Source: an uncultured Chlorobiaceae bacterium (lineage in GTDB: Bacteria > Bacteroidota > Ignavibacteria > UBA10030 > SZUA-254). From it: 64,000 nt of DNA. Positions 35,016-45,539 of the stretch are shown here, piece by piece (position 1 is the stretch's first letter; each line of letters starts with the position of its first letter). The position numbers and the translations under genes were made by a program. The notes under the pieces were generated by a model. It ran no database searches. It saw only the letters and a list, made by a program, of their open reading frames with translations, and was not told the DNA's origin. Location of the stretch: assembly GCA_964410105.1 (NCBI GenBank), contig CAYPFY010000002.1:6557-70556 (forward strand), in the 5' to 3' direction.

Positions 35016-37912
35016 TTTACAATCACCTCGTCGACGAAGAGCCACGCCTTGCCGCCGGATCCCTTATGCCAGGGCGGGCACGTACCCACATTCCTTGCCT
35101 GCACGCGGACAAATCTGGCACGGACGCTGTCTGTCGATGTCATAAAGTTTTTGATGAGAATATTCGGATCCTGTGGTGAAACGTCATTCATGATTTTTTT
35201 GGGAGAATTCCATGTGGAATCGTCGTTCGAGAAAGAAAAATCCACCTCGGTCGGAAAAAAGATCCACGAATTATTATCCTGAAGACAGCCGAGCGACACC
35301 TCGTGCAGAGTCCTGGACGAATCCAGGTCAAGGATCGCATCCAGATCGACCCCCTCATAACCCTGCCATCCGCCCAGCCGGAAATCCCGGCCGCCGCGCA
35401 ACCCATCGACAAGCGCGTCAACCCCTCCCCCCGAATATTGTTGTGCGAACCCGGATTTAAGAATGATACTTCCGATCGGAGACGTCCTGAGAAATTCGGC
35501 CCTCACAACCGGGCTGGGAGCCGTCCCGGCTTTCACGGCGAATGCCTGAAGCGACGTCGTGTGTCTCAGCGTAACGGCAGAGTGCGCGCTAGGCGACTCC
35601 ATGGTAGGAGCGCTCCCGTCGGTCGTATAGTAAATCTCCGCTCCCGGAGTATTGCACGCGAGCGAGATTTCCAGGGAATCCCGGAAAGTCCTCTTCCCGT
35701 TCAGAACAAAGGGCACGGTCGTCACCGGGACAGGGATTTTCTGCGCTTGCAGCCGTGCGCCCCAGAGAGGATTCGGGACTTTCCCCATCCGGAACCTCAG
35801 AGTCGACCCCTGCATAATCGCATCGTGCGTGATGAAACAAGAGGGATAGGGGGAGCCGTTCAGAGTTGCCGACTGGATAAACTCATTCCGGCCCCTGTTG
35901 TCATCGGCAAGAACCGTGAAATGTTTTTTATTCTCCAGTCTTACTGAAACCCTTGTAAAAGCGGGAGAGCCGATCGCGTAGACGGGAAGAGAGGGGGCGA
36001 CCTGATAAAAACCGAGCGAACTCATCACATACCATGCGGACATCTGACCGCAGTCATCATTCCCGCACAGCCCGTCCGGATTCGGGGTAAAAAGAGAGTC
36101 CATGATACGGCGGACGATGTGCTGTGATTTCCAGGCTGCGCCCGCGTAATCATAGAGATAGGCGACGTGATGGCTCGGTTCATTCCCCTGGGCATACTGG
36201 CCGATCAATCCGGAGATATCCGCCTGCTGTCTCCCCGAGAGGGCCGGATTTGCCTCAAAGAGCGAATCCAGCTTCGTCACAAATTTCTGTGAACCCCCCA
36301 TGAGGTCGATCAGCCCGTCCACATCCTGCGGCGCGAAAAAAGAATACTGCCAGGGATTCGCCTCGGTATAGTGATTTGTCACAGCCGTCGGGTCGAAGGG
36401 AGAATCCCAGGACGCATTCACCATAGGGCGCATGAACCCGGTAGAGGGATCGAAAAGATTCCGGTAAAACTGCGATCGTCTGAAATACTCATCGGCGTCG
36501 CTCTTCTTGCCGAGAGCCTGGGCCATGCGTGCGATACACCAATCGTCGTAGGAATATTCAAGAGTCTTTGAGACAGATTCCGGTTCGTTCTCGCCGGGCA
36601 CATAGCCGCGGAGCCTGTATTCCTTCAGCCCGTAGTGATCAAGCGTGGCGCTATGCTTCATCGCATCCAGTGCTTCACCGGCATCGAATCCTGTGATATT
36701 CTTCAGAAACGCGTCGGCGATCACCGGCACGGAATGGTAGCCGATCATGCACCAGGTCTCATTACAGGCGAGTTCCCACACGGGAAGAACTCCCGACTGC
36801 TCGTACTTTGCGAGGAGCGATTTCACAAAATCAAGCGTCCTCTTTCTGTCGATAATCGTGAGCAAGGGGTGTTCGGCCCTGAAAGTATCCCACAGAGAAA
36901 AAATCGTATACATTGTAAAATCATCCGCCTTATATATCTTATTATCCATTCCCCGGTAGGATCCATCCAGGTCGCTGAACACATTGGGGGTAAGAAACAC
37001 GTGGTAGAGGGCGGTATAGAACGTTTTCAGCTTATCGGAGCTCCCTTCAACGACAATCTTCGAAAGTTCATTTTCCCAGGCGAGCTCGGTTCTTGCCCTC
37101 AGCTTCTCGAAATCCCATCCTGAAAAATCCTTCAAATTCCTCCGCGCCCCCTCGATACTCACTGAGGAGAGGGCCACCTTCACGAGCACCTTCATCGCGG
37201 ATGAGTTGGGGAATCGTACATACCCCTTAATATTTGTGCCTGCGGCGGACCGCACGCCGGGGAGCAGCGTATCGTTGATCGCGATCCCATAGGAGGTAAA
37301 CGGCCGCGAGAACTCGGCGGCAAAAAAAACATGTTGATCCTTTGCCCAGCCGTTCGACCGGCGGGACCCTGCGATTTCGTGGTCGCTGAGAATCTGCAGA
37401 TTCGACTCAAGAACCTGATCCGGTCCGAGACCATGGTGAAGATCGATGATAATATTCCCGTGAGATCCGGCGGGAAAAGTATAGCGGTGCAGACCCAGGC
37501 GTGTCGAGGCGGTCAGTTCCGCTTTGATATGATACCGGTCGAGCAGCACCGAATAAAAACCGGGAGAAGCCGACTCATTTCGGTGGCTGAAATGCGAACC
37601 AAAATCTTTCATTGAAATGTCCCCTGAGGCGGGCATAAACAGAATATCCCCATAATCTGCGACCCCGGTGCCGCTCAGGTGAGTATGGCTGAATCCCAGA
37701 ATCGTCGAGTCCGAGTAGTGATAACCTGCGCAGGCGTCCCATCCTTCGACCCGCGTATCGGGACTCAGCTGGACCATGCCGAAAGGAGCTGCAGCGCCCG
37801 GATACGTATGGCCGTGGCCACCGGTGCCGACGAAGGGATTCACATACTTCGTGAGCGTGCCGGCTTCAAGGCAACCGGCGGAAAGAAAAACGCAGAGAAG
37901 GGAACGCATCAT
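35012..37912 (-). CDS. GH92 alpha-mannosidase with C-terminal carbohydrate-binding (discoidin-like) domain
   Basis: Signal peptide. YVNPFVGTGGHGHTYPGAAAPFGMVQLSPDT hallmark of GH92. 966 aa. C-terminal domain ends ...AWLFVDEVIVK. Confidence 0.9.
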   Translation of the reverse strand: MMRSLLCVFLSAGCLEAGTLTKYVNPFVGTGGHGHTYPGAAAPFGMVQLSPDTRVEGWDACAGYHYSDSTILGFSHTHLSGTGVADYGDILFMPASGDISMKDFGSHFSHRNESASPGFYSVLLDRYHIKAELTASTRLGLHRYTFPAGSHGNIIIDLHHGLGPDQVLESNLQILSDHEIAGSRRSNGWAKDQHVFFAAEFSRPFTSYGIAINDTLLPGVRSAAGTNIKGYVRFPNSSAMKVLVKVALSSVSIEGARRNLKDFSGWDFEKLRARTELAWENELSKIVVEGSSDKLKTFYTALYHVFLTPNVFSDLDGSYRGMDNKIYKADDFTMYTIFSLWDTFRAEHPLLTIIDRKRTLDFVKSLLAKYEQSGVLPVWELACNETWCMIGYHSVPVIADAFLKNITGFDAGEALDAMKHSATLDHYGLKEYRLRGYVPGENEPESVSKTLEYSYDDWCIARMAQALGKKSDADEYFRRSQFYRNLFDPSTGFMRPMVNASWDSPFDPTAVTNHYTEANPWQYSFFAPQDVDGLIDLMGGSQKFVTKLDSLFEANPALSGRQQADISGLIGQYAQGNEPSHHVAYLYDYAGAAWKSQHIVRRIMDSLFTPNPDGLCGNDDCGQMSAWYVMSSLGFYQVAPSLPVYAIGSPAFTRVSVRLENKKHFTVLADDNRGRNEFIQSATLNGSPYPSCFITHDAIMQGSTLRFRMGKVPNPLWGARLQAQKIPVPVTTVPFVLNGKRTFRDSLEISLACNTPGAEIYYTTDGSAPTMESPSAHSAVTLRHTTSLQAFAVKAGTAPSPVVRAEFLRTSPIGSIILKSGFAQQYSGGGVDALVDGLRGGRDFRLGGWQGYEGVDLDAILDLDSSRTLHEVSLGCLQDNNSWIFFPTEVDFSFSNDDSTWNSPKKIMNDVSPQDPNILIKNFMTSTDSVRARFVRVQARNVGTCPPWHKGSGGKAWLFVDEVIVK

Positions 37913-37951
37913 AGAGACGCCAAGGTATCCAAGAGAAACCTGAAATCCAAA

Positions 37952-39934
37952 CTATTCCTGTGAACACCTCAGCAGGAGGACTCCGTGGTAGGGGACCTCG
38001 CCCGAAAATTTCTCGGAAACAGCTCGATCACGCTGCCTCCAGACATCTCGGACTTTGAACTTCCCCTTGAACCCGAGCCTGGCACCGTCGAGCGAAACTA
38101 CACGGGACTTCTTCGCTTCCCAGTCGAAATAGTCGGAGAGAGATTTTTTTTCACGAACATCGGCCCAGAAAATCCCCACCGCCTTCGAGCCGTCCTCCAG
38201 ATCTTTCGACCACACCTGCACCCCGTCAGCATCGGAGATTCGGGACGCCTGCCTGCCGAGGGGATCCTGGCTGATATCGATCACCTCGTCATTCGTCAGA
38301 AGATTGAGCGTAAAATCATCGAGCTTGCTAAGGTCGCATCCAATCAGGAGCGGGGCGGAAAGCAATGACCAGAGACTGATATGAGTATACTGCTCATCGG
38401 GCGTGAGGCGGCTCGGGTGCAATTCCGGACCCCAGCCTACAAGTCCAACGACGAGCATGTCGGGGTCATTCCAGTGACCGGGGCCTGCAAAAACCTCGTG
38501 TCCTGCCTGTCCGAAACCGATATGCGACATGCTCGACCATGAATCCTCGATATCCCCGGTCGTTCGCCAGCTATTTCCGCCCACCTCCGCTCCCCATTCC
38601 CACACGTTTCCCATTCCGTACTGGCAGAGGCTGAAAACGATATCACGGTCCACCCCGTCGAGCGCCTTCCTCATCACGGCATACGGCTTCTTCAATTCCG
38701 GGAGACTCCTATCGGACGCGATCCTGTCGTAGGAGCACCAGTCATATTTCAGATAATCGATCCCCCAGGAGGCATATCGTTCCGCATCCTGATTTTCAAA
38801 CTGATAACTTGCCGTGAATCCGGCGCAGGTCAGGGGACCGGGGCCCGAGTAGATGCCGAGCTTAAGACCTTTGGAGTGAACATAATCACTGAGAGCCTTC
38901 ATATCGGGGAACTTCTTGTTCGTATTAATCATCCCCGCCGAACGCGCCTCGCCCCGCAGCAGAGAGTCATCGGAGCCGGGCTTAACTTCCCAGCAATCGT
39001 CGATATTCACATAGGTCCAGCCGTGATCGGCGAGGCCGGAGTTCAGCATAGCATCGGCTGAGGCGCGGACCTTCTGATCGTCGACGGCGCAGGCCCAGCA
39101 ATTCCAGCTATTCCAGCCCATCGGGGGGGTCAGAGCGATGGAATCCCCGACAAAAATCCGAAAATCCCTTTGTGCCTCCCCGAGATCATTCCTGGCACCG
39201 AGCGTCGCCTTAAAAACTCCCCTGTCATGCAGGGCCCCTGTGATCATACCCGTTTGTGAATCGAGAGTAAGGCCTTCGGGCAGATTTTTTGCCGAAAAGG
39301 AAATCGGTCTCTTCCCTGTCGCCGCAATTTTATACAAAAAAGGATGGCCGGGTCGTACGCCGAAAACTCTCGCGCCGTTGATCCGCGGCTTCTCGGCGGC
39401 CTTCGGAGTCAGAACATACGGAGCGCTCCCCCCTTTCATGACAAGTTCCCGGGGAGATGCCTGCTCTGCAAGATCGATGCGGGCGTCGCACCAATCGGCG
39501 TGGTCGTAATCGATGCCGTCCCCGGCATCGGTCACCAGCAAACCGAGCAGATTCACGCCATGCAGATCCACATCGGCCTTCTGGGGGGAGATTCCTTTCT
39601 TCATCACGTGGCTTTCCCACAAAACCCTGCCGTCCCCGAGCACGGCGAACGAGACGCTAGCCTTATCGCTCCCCACCTCATCATCGACACCGACCGAGGC
39701 CGAAAACCTATCCCCCTTTCCGTTGAGATGCAGCAGAAACGTGCTCACCGCGTGAGTCCCGACGCCGCGCTCGAACTTTTGGCCGGCGACGGAAAGAGAG
39801 TGACCTTCAACGGAGAGACGCGGGTGAGGGGATCCCCATCCGATCTGCATCGCAGAAAGATCCAGTTCATCGAGCCAGACCGGCTGGGCGACGCTCAGGG
39901 GCGCGCACAGAAGCGTGAGGAAAACAAATTTCAT
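37952..39934 (-). CDS. GH27 alpha-galactosidase/alpha-N-acetylgalactosaminidase with N-terminal NPCBM domain
   Basis: Start MKFVFLTLLCAPLSVAQ at 39934. NPCBM-like module. GH27 motifs TPPMGWNSWNCW and nucleophile region IDYLKYDWC. Confidence 0.85.
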   Translation of the reverse strand: MKFVFLTLLCAPLSVAQPVWLDELDLSAMQIGWGSPHPRLSVEGHSLSVAGQKFERGVGTHAVSTFLLHLNGKGDRFSASVGVDDEVGSDKASVSFAVLGDGRVLWESHVMKKGISPQKADVDLHGVNLLGLLVTDAGDGIDYDHADWCDARIDLAEQASPRELVMKGGSAPYVLTPKAAEKPRINGARVFGVRPGHPFLYKIAATGKRPISFSAKNLPEGLTLDSQTGMITGALHDRGVFKATLGARNDLGEAQRDFRIFVGDSIALTPPMGWNSWNCWACAVDDQKVRASADAMLNSGLADHGWTYVNIDDCWEVKPGSDDSLLRGEARSAGMINTNKKFPDMKALSDYVHSKGLKLGIYSGPGPLTCAGFTASYQFENQDAERYASWGIDYLKYDWCSYDRIASDRSLPELKKPYAVMRKALDGVDRDIVFSLCQYGMGNVWEWGAEVGGNSWRTTGDIEDSWSSMSHIGFGQAGHEVFAGPGHWNDPDMLVVGLVGWGPELHPSRLTPDEQYTHISLWSLLSAPLLIGCDLSKLDDFTLNLLTNDEVIDISQDPLGRQASRISDADGVQVWSKDLEDGSKAVGIFWADVREKKSLSDYFDWEAKKSRVVSLDGARLGFKGKFKVRDVWRQRDRAVSEKFSGEVPYHGVLLLRCSQE

Positions 39935-39941
39935 AAAAACC

Positions 39942-42656
39942 TCAGAATTCTTTCGACGAGGAAACATGTGCGTCACCGAGTTTGACATTTTTCGGGAAAA
40001 CGTTCGGAGGAAAGGGACGGGGGGGCATAGGGCGGTCCGCAAAACTCTTCTTTGCCGTAAGAGACAGCACACTGCCGGCGAGAGATTCCGTGCCGGTGAG
40101 CCACGCTGAAACATTCCACGGCCTCGGCGATTCAGGCGACACGATCCGGACCTCACATCTATGCTTACCCGCGGGGATTTTCAGGGTATGCCACGAAGAA
40201 CGGGCCTCGGTCGGTTCAGACCGGGCCGTATCCACCTGGCCGTCGACGGACACAAGCGCCGCAAAACTCTTGGGCGCAGTTCTTGCAGGCGTCAGAAGCA
40301 GAGCAAGAAGTTTGGGAGAGTCGAGAGACACATCAAAAGACAGGCGGGCACCGTCGGACGTGAAGGACCGTCGGGCCGCCGATTCGGATTTGAGGCTCTG
40401 CGGGAGTCCGGAAAGATTTGCGTGGGAGGCAAGCTTCTCAGGGTTTAAAATCCTCACAGCTGAGCGTGGCCCATAGACGGAAAAGGTGATCTTATTCCCC
40501 TCCCTCCCGATAACATCGAACGGTGCCCCCGCCAGGAGGGGTTCGTCACAATCCTTAAGCGGATAAATTTCGTACACAGCCGTCTCATAGCCGCTCAGGG
40601 GAAGGTCCGCGACCTGCCCTTCACGATAGAGAGTCGGGGAAATCCAGTGGTCGGGATACACCCTCTCGAGAACAAGAGATGACCCCGAAGAATTCAGCCC
40701 CATCTCATCAGCAAACGGGACTTTTACCGACGTCGGGGTCATCACCGGATTTCTGACGGCGAGGATCCCCCGGGAACCTTTGAAGTGTGCATAGCCATAA
40801 GGCTGGCCTTTCGTCGGGTCGCCGCCGAACATTTCCGTCGTCGAGAGAATGTCGAACCGATCCCGGGCCCATTTCATCGCCTGTCCGATTGCATCCCATT
40901 CCCCTTCGTTCAGAATATCGGGGGAGATATAGAGCTCCCACATCGCCACGCCGCGCGCGAGATACAGCACCACTTCATTCGTAAACTTATCGAGAGGCTC
41001 ATCCTTGCCGCCGAGCCACTCAAGATTCCCCTTGATAATCCCGTGCGTCATCAGATTGGCGACAGGGAACCACATCTTCTGGCGTGTGAAATCATCATAC
41101 AGAACAAAATCCCGGTACGTGATCGCAGCGTCGCGGGGACTGATCGACGGAACATCTGCGTAGCCGAAATCGGCTCCCTGCATCCAAATCGTATTGGCAT
41201 ATAAAACCCACCAGGGGCTCAGCCATGTGCCCGAGGTAATATTCAGGAACATGCCGGGATTCCTCAGGCGCACGGCCCGGCACTTGCTGATCAGCGACTC
41301 CATCACCGAGCGGCGGGAAAAAATGCCGACGGGGTGGCCGTGATCCGGCTCGCTGCAGGAAAACTGAATCCCATCCCACTTAAAATATCCGATTCCCTGG
41401 TCGGCAAAATCCGTGACCCGTTTTTCGAACAGTTTCTGATAATTCCGGCCGGCGAGGCAGAGCATCGCCGTATTACGGGTATGCCCGACGACCTCATAAC
41501 CATGCGCCTTCATCCAGTCGATCCGTTTCATCCGGAACGAATACCCGCCGGTCGGGCCGAGCCACATGCCGAGCGACGTATGAGTTTTCTTGAGTTCATC
41601 GGCGATGACCGTCAACCCCCGGGGAAACTCCTTGTCATTCAAAACCCAGTCGCTCTCATACGTATCCCAGCCATCGTCGAGAACGAACGCATCCAGCTTT
41701 ATGTCATGCTTCTCGATCATATTCCTGCGGATAAGATCGATCATATGGAACACATTCTTCTCCGTCATCCAATTCCCCTCGGGCACCTTGGGGTAGGTCA
41801 TTGACCGGAGATCGTACCAGCTGTTATAGAGAGTAAACGGTTGCAGAGGAGTGATACGGATGTCGTCGACATACTTCATAAAAAACTGTTTCACATTTTT
41901 TGTTGGTGAAACCCCTTCAACGACCGTCTCGCTCTCAACCCAGGCCCCGTTGATTTTCTCGCCGACCTCGTGGCCGCACTGGATGCGGGAGGATTTTGCA
42001 TCAAACACATTATCGGCTGCCGGATACTCCACGCCGAAAAACCCCCCTCCGGATAAAGAACGAAAGGCAACGGGTTGACCGAACCCCCCATCCTTCAGAA
42101 CCGAGACTTTTTGTTTGACCCTTCCGTCGACCGGACAGATTTTCTGGAGAAAATGCCCCGCCTCGCCCGTATCCGAGAGAGCCAGAGATTTCTTGACATA
42201 AAACGCCTCCGGATCGAGGCGGTATCGCAACCGGGCCAGCAGCGGATAATCGATACCCGAAAGATCGATCAGAAGCTCCTTCTTTCCGGACCCGGGATCA
42301 CGGAACTCATGGTGGTCGACATGAAATTCGGACTGAGTCAGACGAACAGGATTCTCTGCGTTATTGAGGTTTTTGGGGGCCTGCCAGTCGGTCCACATTA
42401 TTTCTGCAGAGAAACCCCCGTCAGTTTCGATCTGTGCCGGTTTTGCCGCAAAAGACTTTGACCACTCGGCGTGTGTTGAAAGCTGCTCGGAGACAATCCT
42501 GTTAGAATCAATCGTCACTGAAAGTTCGACCCGAGCATTCGCGAGAATCAAGGAAAACTTTCCACGCGGCTCGCGCGCGGGACCCGGTTGGGCCGAAGCC
42601 AGGCAAAAAGCGAGATTCAGGGAAACGGTAAAAAACGCTACGTGTAAATTCATCAC
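39942..42656 (-). CDS. clan GH-D (GH36-like) alpha-galactosidase/alpha-GalNAc-ase family protein
   Basis: Signal peptide. FVLDDGW and YFKWDGIQ motifs resemble GH36 or melibiase. 904 aa. ATGA overlap with GH20. Confidence 0.55.
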   Translation of the reverse strand: MMNLHVAFFTVSLNLAFCLASAQPGPAREPRGKFSLILANARVELSVTIDSNRIVSEQLSTHAEWSKSFAAKPAQIETDGGFSAEIMWTDWQAPKNLNNAENPVRLTQSEFHVDHHEFRDPGSGKKELLIDLSGIDYPLLARLRYRLDPEAFYVKKSLALSDTGEAGHFLQKICPVDGRVKQKVSVLKDGGFGQPVAFRSLSGGGFFGVEYPAADNVFDAKSSRIQCGHEVGEKINGAWVESETVVEGVSPTKNVKQFFMKYVDDIRITPLQPFTLYNSWYDLRSMTYPKVPEGNWMTEKNVFHMIDLIRRNMIEKHDIKLDAFVLDDGWDTYESDWVLNDKEFPRGLTVIADELKKTHTSLGMWLGPTGGYSFRMKRIDWMKAHGYEVVGHTRNTAMLCLAGRNYQKLFEKRVTDFADQGIGYFKWDGIQFSCSEPDHGHPVGIFSRRSVMESLISKCRAVRLRNPGMFLNITSGTWLSPWWVLYANTIWMQGADFGYADVPSISPRDAAITYRDFVLYDDFTRQKMWFPVANLMTHGIIKGNLEWLGGKDEPLDKFTNEVVLYLARGVAMWELYISPDILNEGEWDAIGQAMKWARDRFDILSTTEMFGGDPTKGQPYGYAHFKGSRGILAVRNPVMTPTSVKVPFADEMGLNSSGSSLVLERVYPDHWISPTLYREGQVADLPLSGYETAVYEIYPLKDCDEPLLAGAPFDVIGREGNKITFSVYGPRSAVRILNPEKLASHANLSGLPQSLKSESAARRSFTSDGARLSFDVSLDSPKLLALLLTPARTAPKSFAALVSVDGQVDTARSEPTEARSSWHTLKIPAGKHRCEVRIVSPESPRPWNVSAWLTGTESLAGSVLSLTAKKSFADRPMPPRPFPPNVFPKNVKLGDAHVSSSKEF

Positions 42657-44899
42657 TTCACCTCGATCTCATCGGCAAAGAGCCACGAATCGCTTCCGGC
42701 GCCGGGTTTTCCGGCCGGAATCTTCCCTGAGTTGAGTGCGACGACCTTCACAAACCTCGCCGGACGGCTGTCGAATTTCACAAAAAGATGAGATCCGGAG
42801 CGTGCAATTTTATCAAAGGAAAGTTTTCCCACGCTTATGAGATCGAGAGAATCGGTTCCGGAAAAAACCTCAAAACTCTTCGGCGGATAAATCCAGCTCG
42901 CCTCGGACGCCACAAAATTCATCGACACCTGTGAAACGGGCACCGGTTGGCCGAGGTCGATAACAGCTTCCAGATCGGGGCCCCACCACCCGATCCACCC
43001 CTGGCCGACGCTGGACGAATCTCCCAGAACGCCGTCGACGAGACTAAAGGCGCCGGACCCGTAATAATCCTTATGCGGAGGAGTCTTGAGAACAACAGAC
43101 TTCCCTGTCGATTTCGAAACATGGAATTCGCGTGTGGATGATCTTCCCTCCTGCCCGTCGGCTCCAACTGCGAGGAATTTTAGAGCCCCATCGCTTGTCA
43201 CATGAATCGGGGAAGAATAGCGTGCTGATCCCGTGGATGGCGGAGAGCCGTCGAGAGTGAAAAAGATCGACGAAGAGTCAAGCGGAGAGGACAGTTCAAC
43301 AGAGACGCCATCCGGGGCAGGCGATACCTTTGGTGCAACCTGGAAAACGGAGCGAGAATAATTCACGTCCATCTCATCCAGGAGGTGAAAATGCCCGAAA
43401 AGGCGCTTTTGAAAATTTTTATAATCACGCGCTTCGCGGGGACTCCACAAGACTTCGGAAAGGGCGGCCATGCGGGGCATAGCCATATACTCCACCTGTC
43501 GAGGAGAGGTAATATACTCGGTCCAGACGTTTCCCTGAGCACCGCGAATGAACCGTTGCTCGTCAACGGAAAGTTCAGTGGGGACAGGCTCATAGGAATA
43601 CACCTTTTCCACAGTCGTATAACCCCCGATGGCGAGCGGTTCATCCTGGGGAAAGCCCTGATAGTGATCGAAATAGCAAAAACCTCCAGGCGACATAACT
43701 GCGGAATGCTTTTGGCGGGCGGCAGCGATACCGCCATCGGTCCCTCTCCAGCTCATCACCGTAGCATTCGGGGCGAGGCCCCCGTCGAGAATCTCGTCCC
43801 ATCCGACAATCTGCTTCCCTTTTGAATTCAAAAACTTCTCAATCCGGCGGATAAAATAACTCTGCAGCTCATTTTCATCCTTGAGCCCCTCTTTTTTCAT
43901 GAGCTCCTGGCAGTAGGCGCACGATTTCCAGCGCGTCTTCGGGCATTCATCCCCGCCGATATGAACATATTTCCCCGGAAAGAGATCGCACACTTCGCTC
44001 AGAACGTTTTCAAGAAACTCGAACGTATGCTCCTTCGGGCAATAAACATCGTCGAAAACCCCCCATCCTCTGGCCACGTCGAACGGACCCCCGGTGCACG
44101 AGAGTTCCGGATAGGAGGCGAGGGCAGCGACGGAATGCCCGGGCATTTCAATTTCAGGAACAATCGTGATATGGCGCTTCTGTGCATAGCGGACGAGCTC
44201 CCTGATATCATCCTGCGAATAGAACCCCCCATAGCGGATCGAGTCGAACTTCTGGGCGTCATAGGGACCGATCATCGACCCGTTGCGCCATGCGCCGATC
44301 TCGGTCAGCCTGGGATACTTCCGGATCTCTATCCGCCACCCCTGATCCTCCGTCAGATGCAGATGAAACATATTCATCTTATACATCGCGATATAGTCGA
44401 TGTATTTTTTCACAAACTCGACAGGGAAAAAGTGCCGGCAGACATCAAGATGCATCCCGCGCCAGGAGAATCGGGGCGCATCGTCGATCTCCAGGCAGGG
44501 AACCTCGGGATCACCCCTGGTAAGAAGTTGACACAGCGTCTGAAAGCCGTAAAAAATCCCGGCGCGACCCCCGCTTAACGAAATCCCATCCCGTGCGATG
44601 CTGAGCGAATAACTCTCATCCTTCTCATCGTCGCGCAGAGAAATCCAGACACACCCTGCGGCTGGTTTTTTCCGCACCTCAGCCCGAAGAGCAAACCCAA
44701 AGCGTTTCGCAAATATTTCTGCAAAAACGTCTCCCTCTCCGGCAAGATCCTTAGATGAGGCGGCGATTCGGGTTTTCGTATCAAACCGGAACGTTCCCTC
44801 CTTCACACGAAGCGTGGATGGCACTGGAATAAGAGGAAAAGCAAAAGTTTGTGCCGAAATTGCCGCCGCTGCCAGAACCGAAGAGAGCCGCATGAACAC
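42653..44899 (-). CDS. GH20 beta-N-acetylhexosaminidase with C-terminal carbohydrate-binding domain
   Basis: Motifs RGMHLDVCRHF, HLHLTEDQGWR and HIGGDE. The C-terminal domain ends ...SWLFADEIEVK, like the GH92 C-terminus. Confidence 0.9.
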   Translation of the reverse strand: MFMRLSSVLAAAAISAQTFAFPLIPVPSTLRVKEGTFRFDTKTRIAASSKDLAGEGDVFAEIFAKRFGFALRAEVRKKPAAGCVWISLRDDEKDESYSLSIARDGISLSGGRAGIFYGFQTLCQLLTRGDPEVPCLEIDDAPRFSWRGMHLDVCRHFFPVEFVKKYIDYIAMYKMNMFHLHLTEDQGWRIEIRKYPRLTEIGAWRNGSMIGPYDAQKFDSIRYGGFYSQDDIRELVRYAQKRHITIVPEIEMPGHSVAALASYPELSCTGGPFDVARGWGVFDDVYCPKEHTFEFLENVLSEVCDLFPGKYVHIGGDECPKTRWKSCAYCQELMKKEGLKDENELQSYFIRRIEKFLNSKGKQIVGWDEILDGGLAPNATVMSWRGTDGGIAAARQKHSAVMSPGGFCYFDHYQGFPQDEPLAIGGYTTVEKVYSYEPVPTELSVDEQRFIRGAQGNVWTEYITSPRQVEYMAMPRMAALSEVLWSPREARDYKNFQKRLFGHFHLLDEMDVNYSRSVFQVAPKVSPAPDGVSVELSSPLDSSSIFFTLDGSPPSTGSARYSSPIHVTSDGALKFLAVGADGQEGRSSTREFHVSKSTGKSVVLKTPPHKDYYGSGAFSLVDGVLGDSSSVGQGWIGWWGPDLEAVIDLGQPVPVSQVSMNFVASEASWIYPPKSFEVFSGTDSLDLISVGKLSFDKIARSGSHLFVKFDSRPARFVKVVALNSGKIPAGKPGAGSDSWLFADEIEVK

Positions 44900-44934
44900 G
44901 ACAGACTGTCCTTTGCTACGGTGAATAAACGAGA

Positions 44935-45501
44935 CTAATACCAGATCGTAAAGCCGACGGAGACAGTCAACTGATTCACTCCGTACCGATTGACAGCGCC
45001 GCTCGGATTCAAAGTAATCTGAAGGTACTGAATCCCCGCATTCAGCAATCCCTTATCTGTCACGGCAAATTTCGCGCCCCCTCGGGCTCCCCAGCTGAAA
45101 CCACTCCGCGAGGTCCCATCGGTCTGAGTGGCAAATCCGACGAGCCCTTCGATGAACGGATACGCCGTCCCCTCCGTCCGAAAGTTATAGGCCGGGGCTA
45201 CCAGAATCAGAAACTGCACCGTAGAATTGTTTCCTGAATTAATCACGGTGACCCCGAACGGATTAACACCGAGCTCAAAACCATCATCGACGAAGTAGCC
45301 GAGATAGGGCTCAAACGAGAAGATCGTCGTCGACTCACCTGAATTCCCATTGGAGACGGGAGTAACCACTTCAAAGGCAATATTCCCCCCCAGTTCCGTC
45401 GTCCCCTTCAGGGCAAATTTCTTCGTCTCCTGAGAAAGCGATGCTGAGGTCAACAGCGCGGTCGCGAGAAGCGCAGCCACACATACCGAAAATGTTTTCA
45501 T
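44935..45501 (-). CDS. small outer-membrane beta-barrel protein (OmpW/OMP_b-brl-like)
   Basis: Signal peptide MKTFSVCVAALLATALLTSASLSQ (start at 45501). 8-strand-like amphipathic pattern. C-terminal ...GFTIWY aromatic beta-signal. Confidence 0.6.
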   Translation of the reverse strand: MKTFSVCVAALLATALLTSASLSQETKKFALKGTTELGGNIAFEVVTPVSNGNSGESTTIFSFEPYLGYFVDDGFELGVNPFGVTVINSGNNSTVQFLILVAPAYNFRTEGTAYPFIEGLVGFATQTDGTSRSGFSWGARGGAKFAVTDKGLLNAGIQYLQITLNPSGAVNRYGVNQLTVSVGFTIWY

Positions 45502-45539
45502 AAAAGCGCCCTTCGAAGTTATGATTTTCTTAACAAAGA

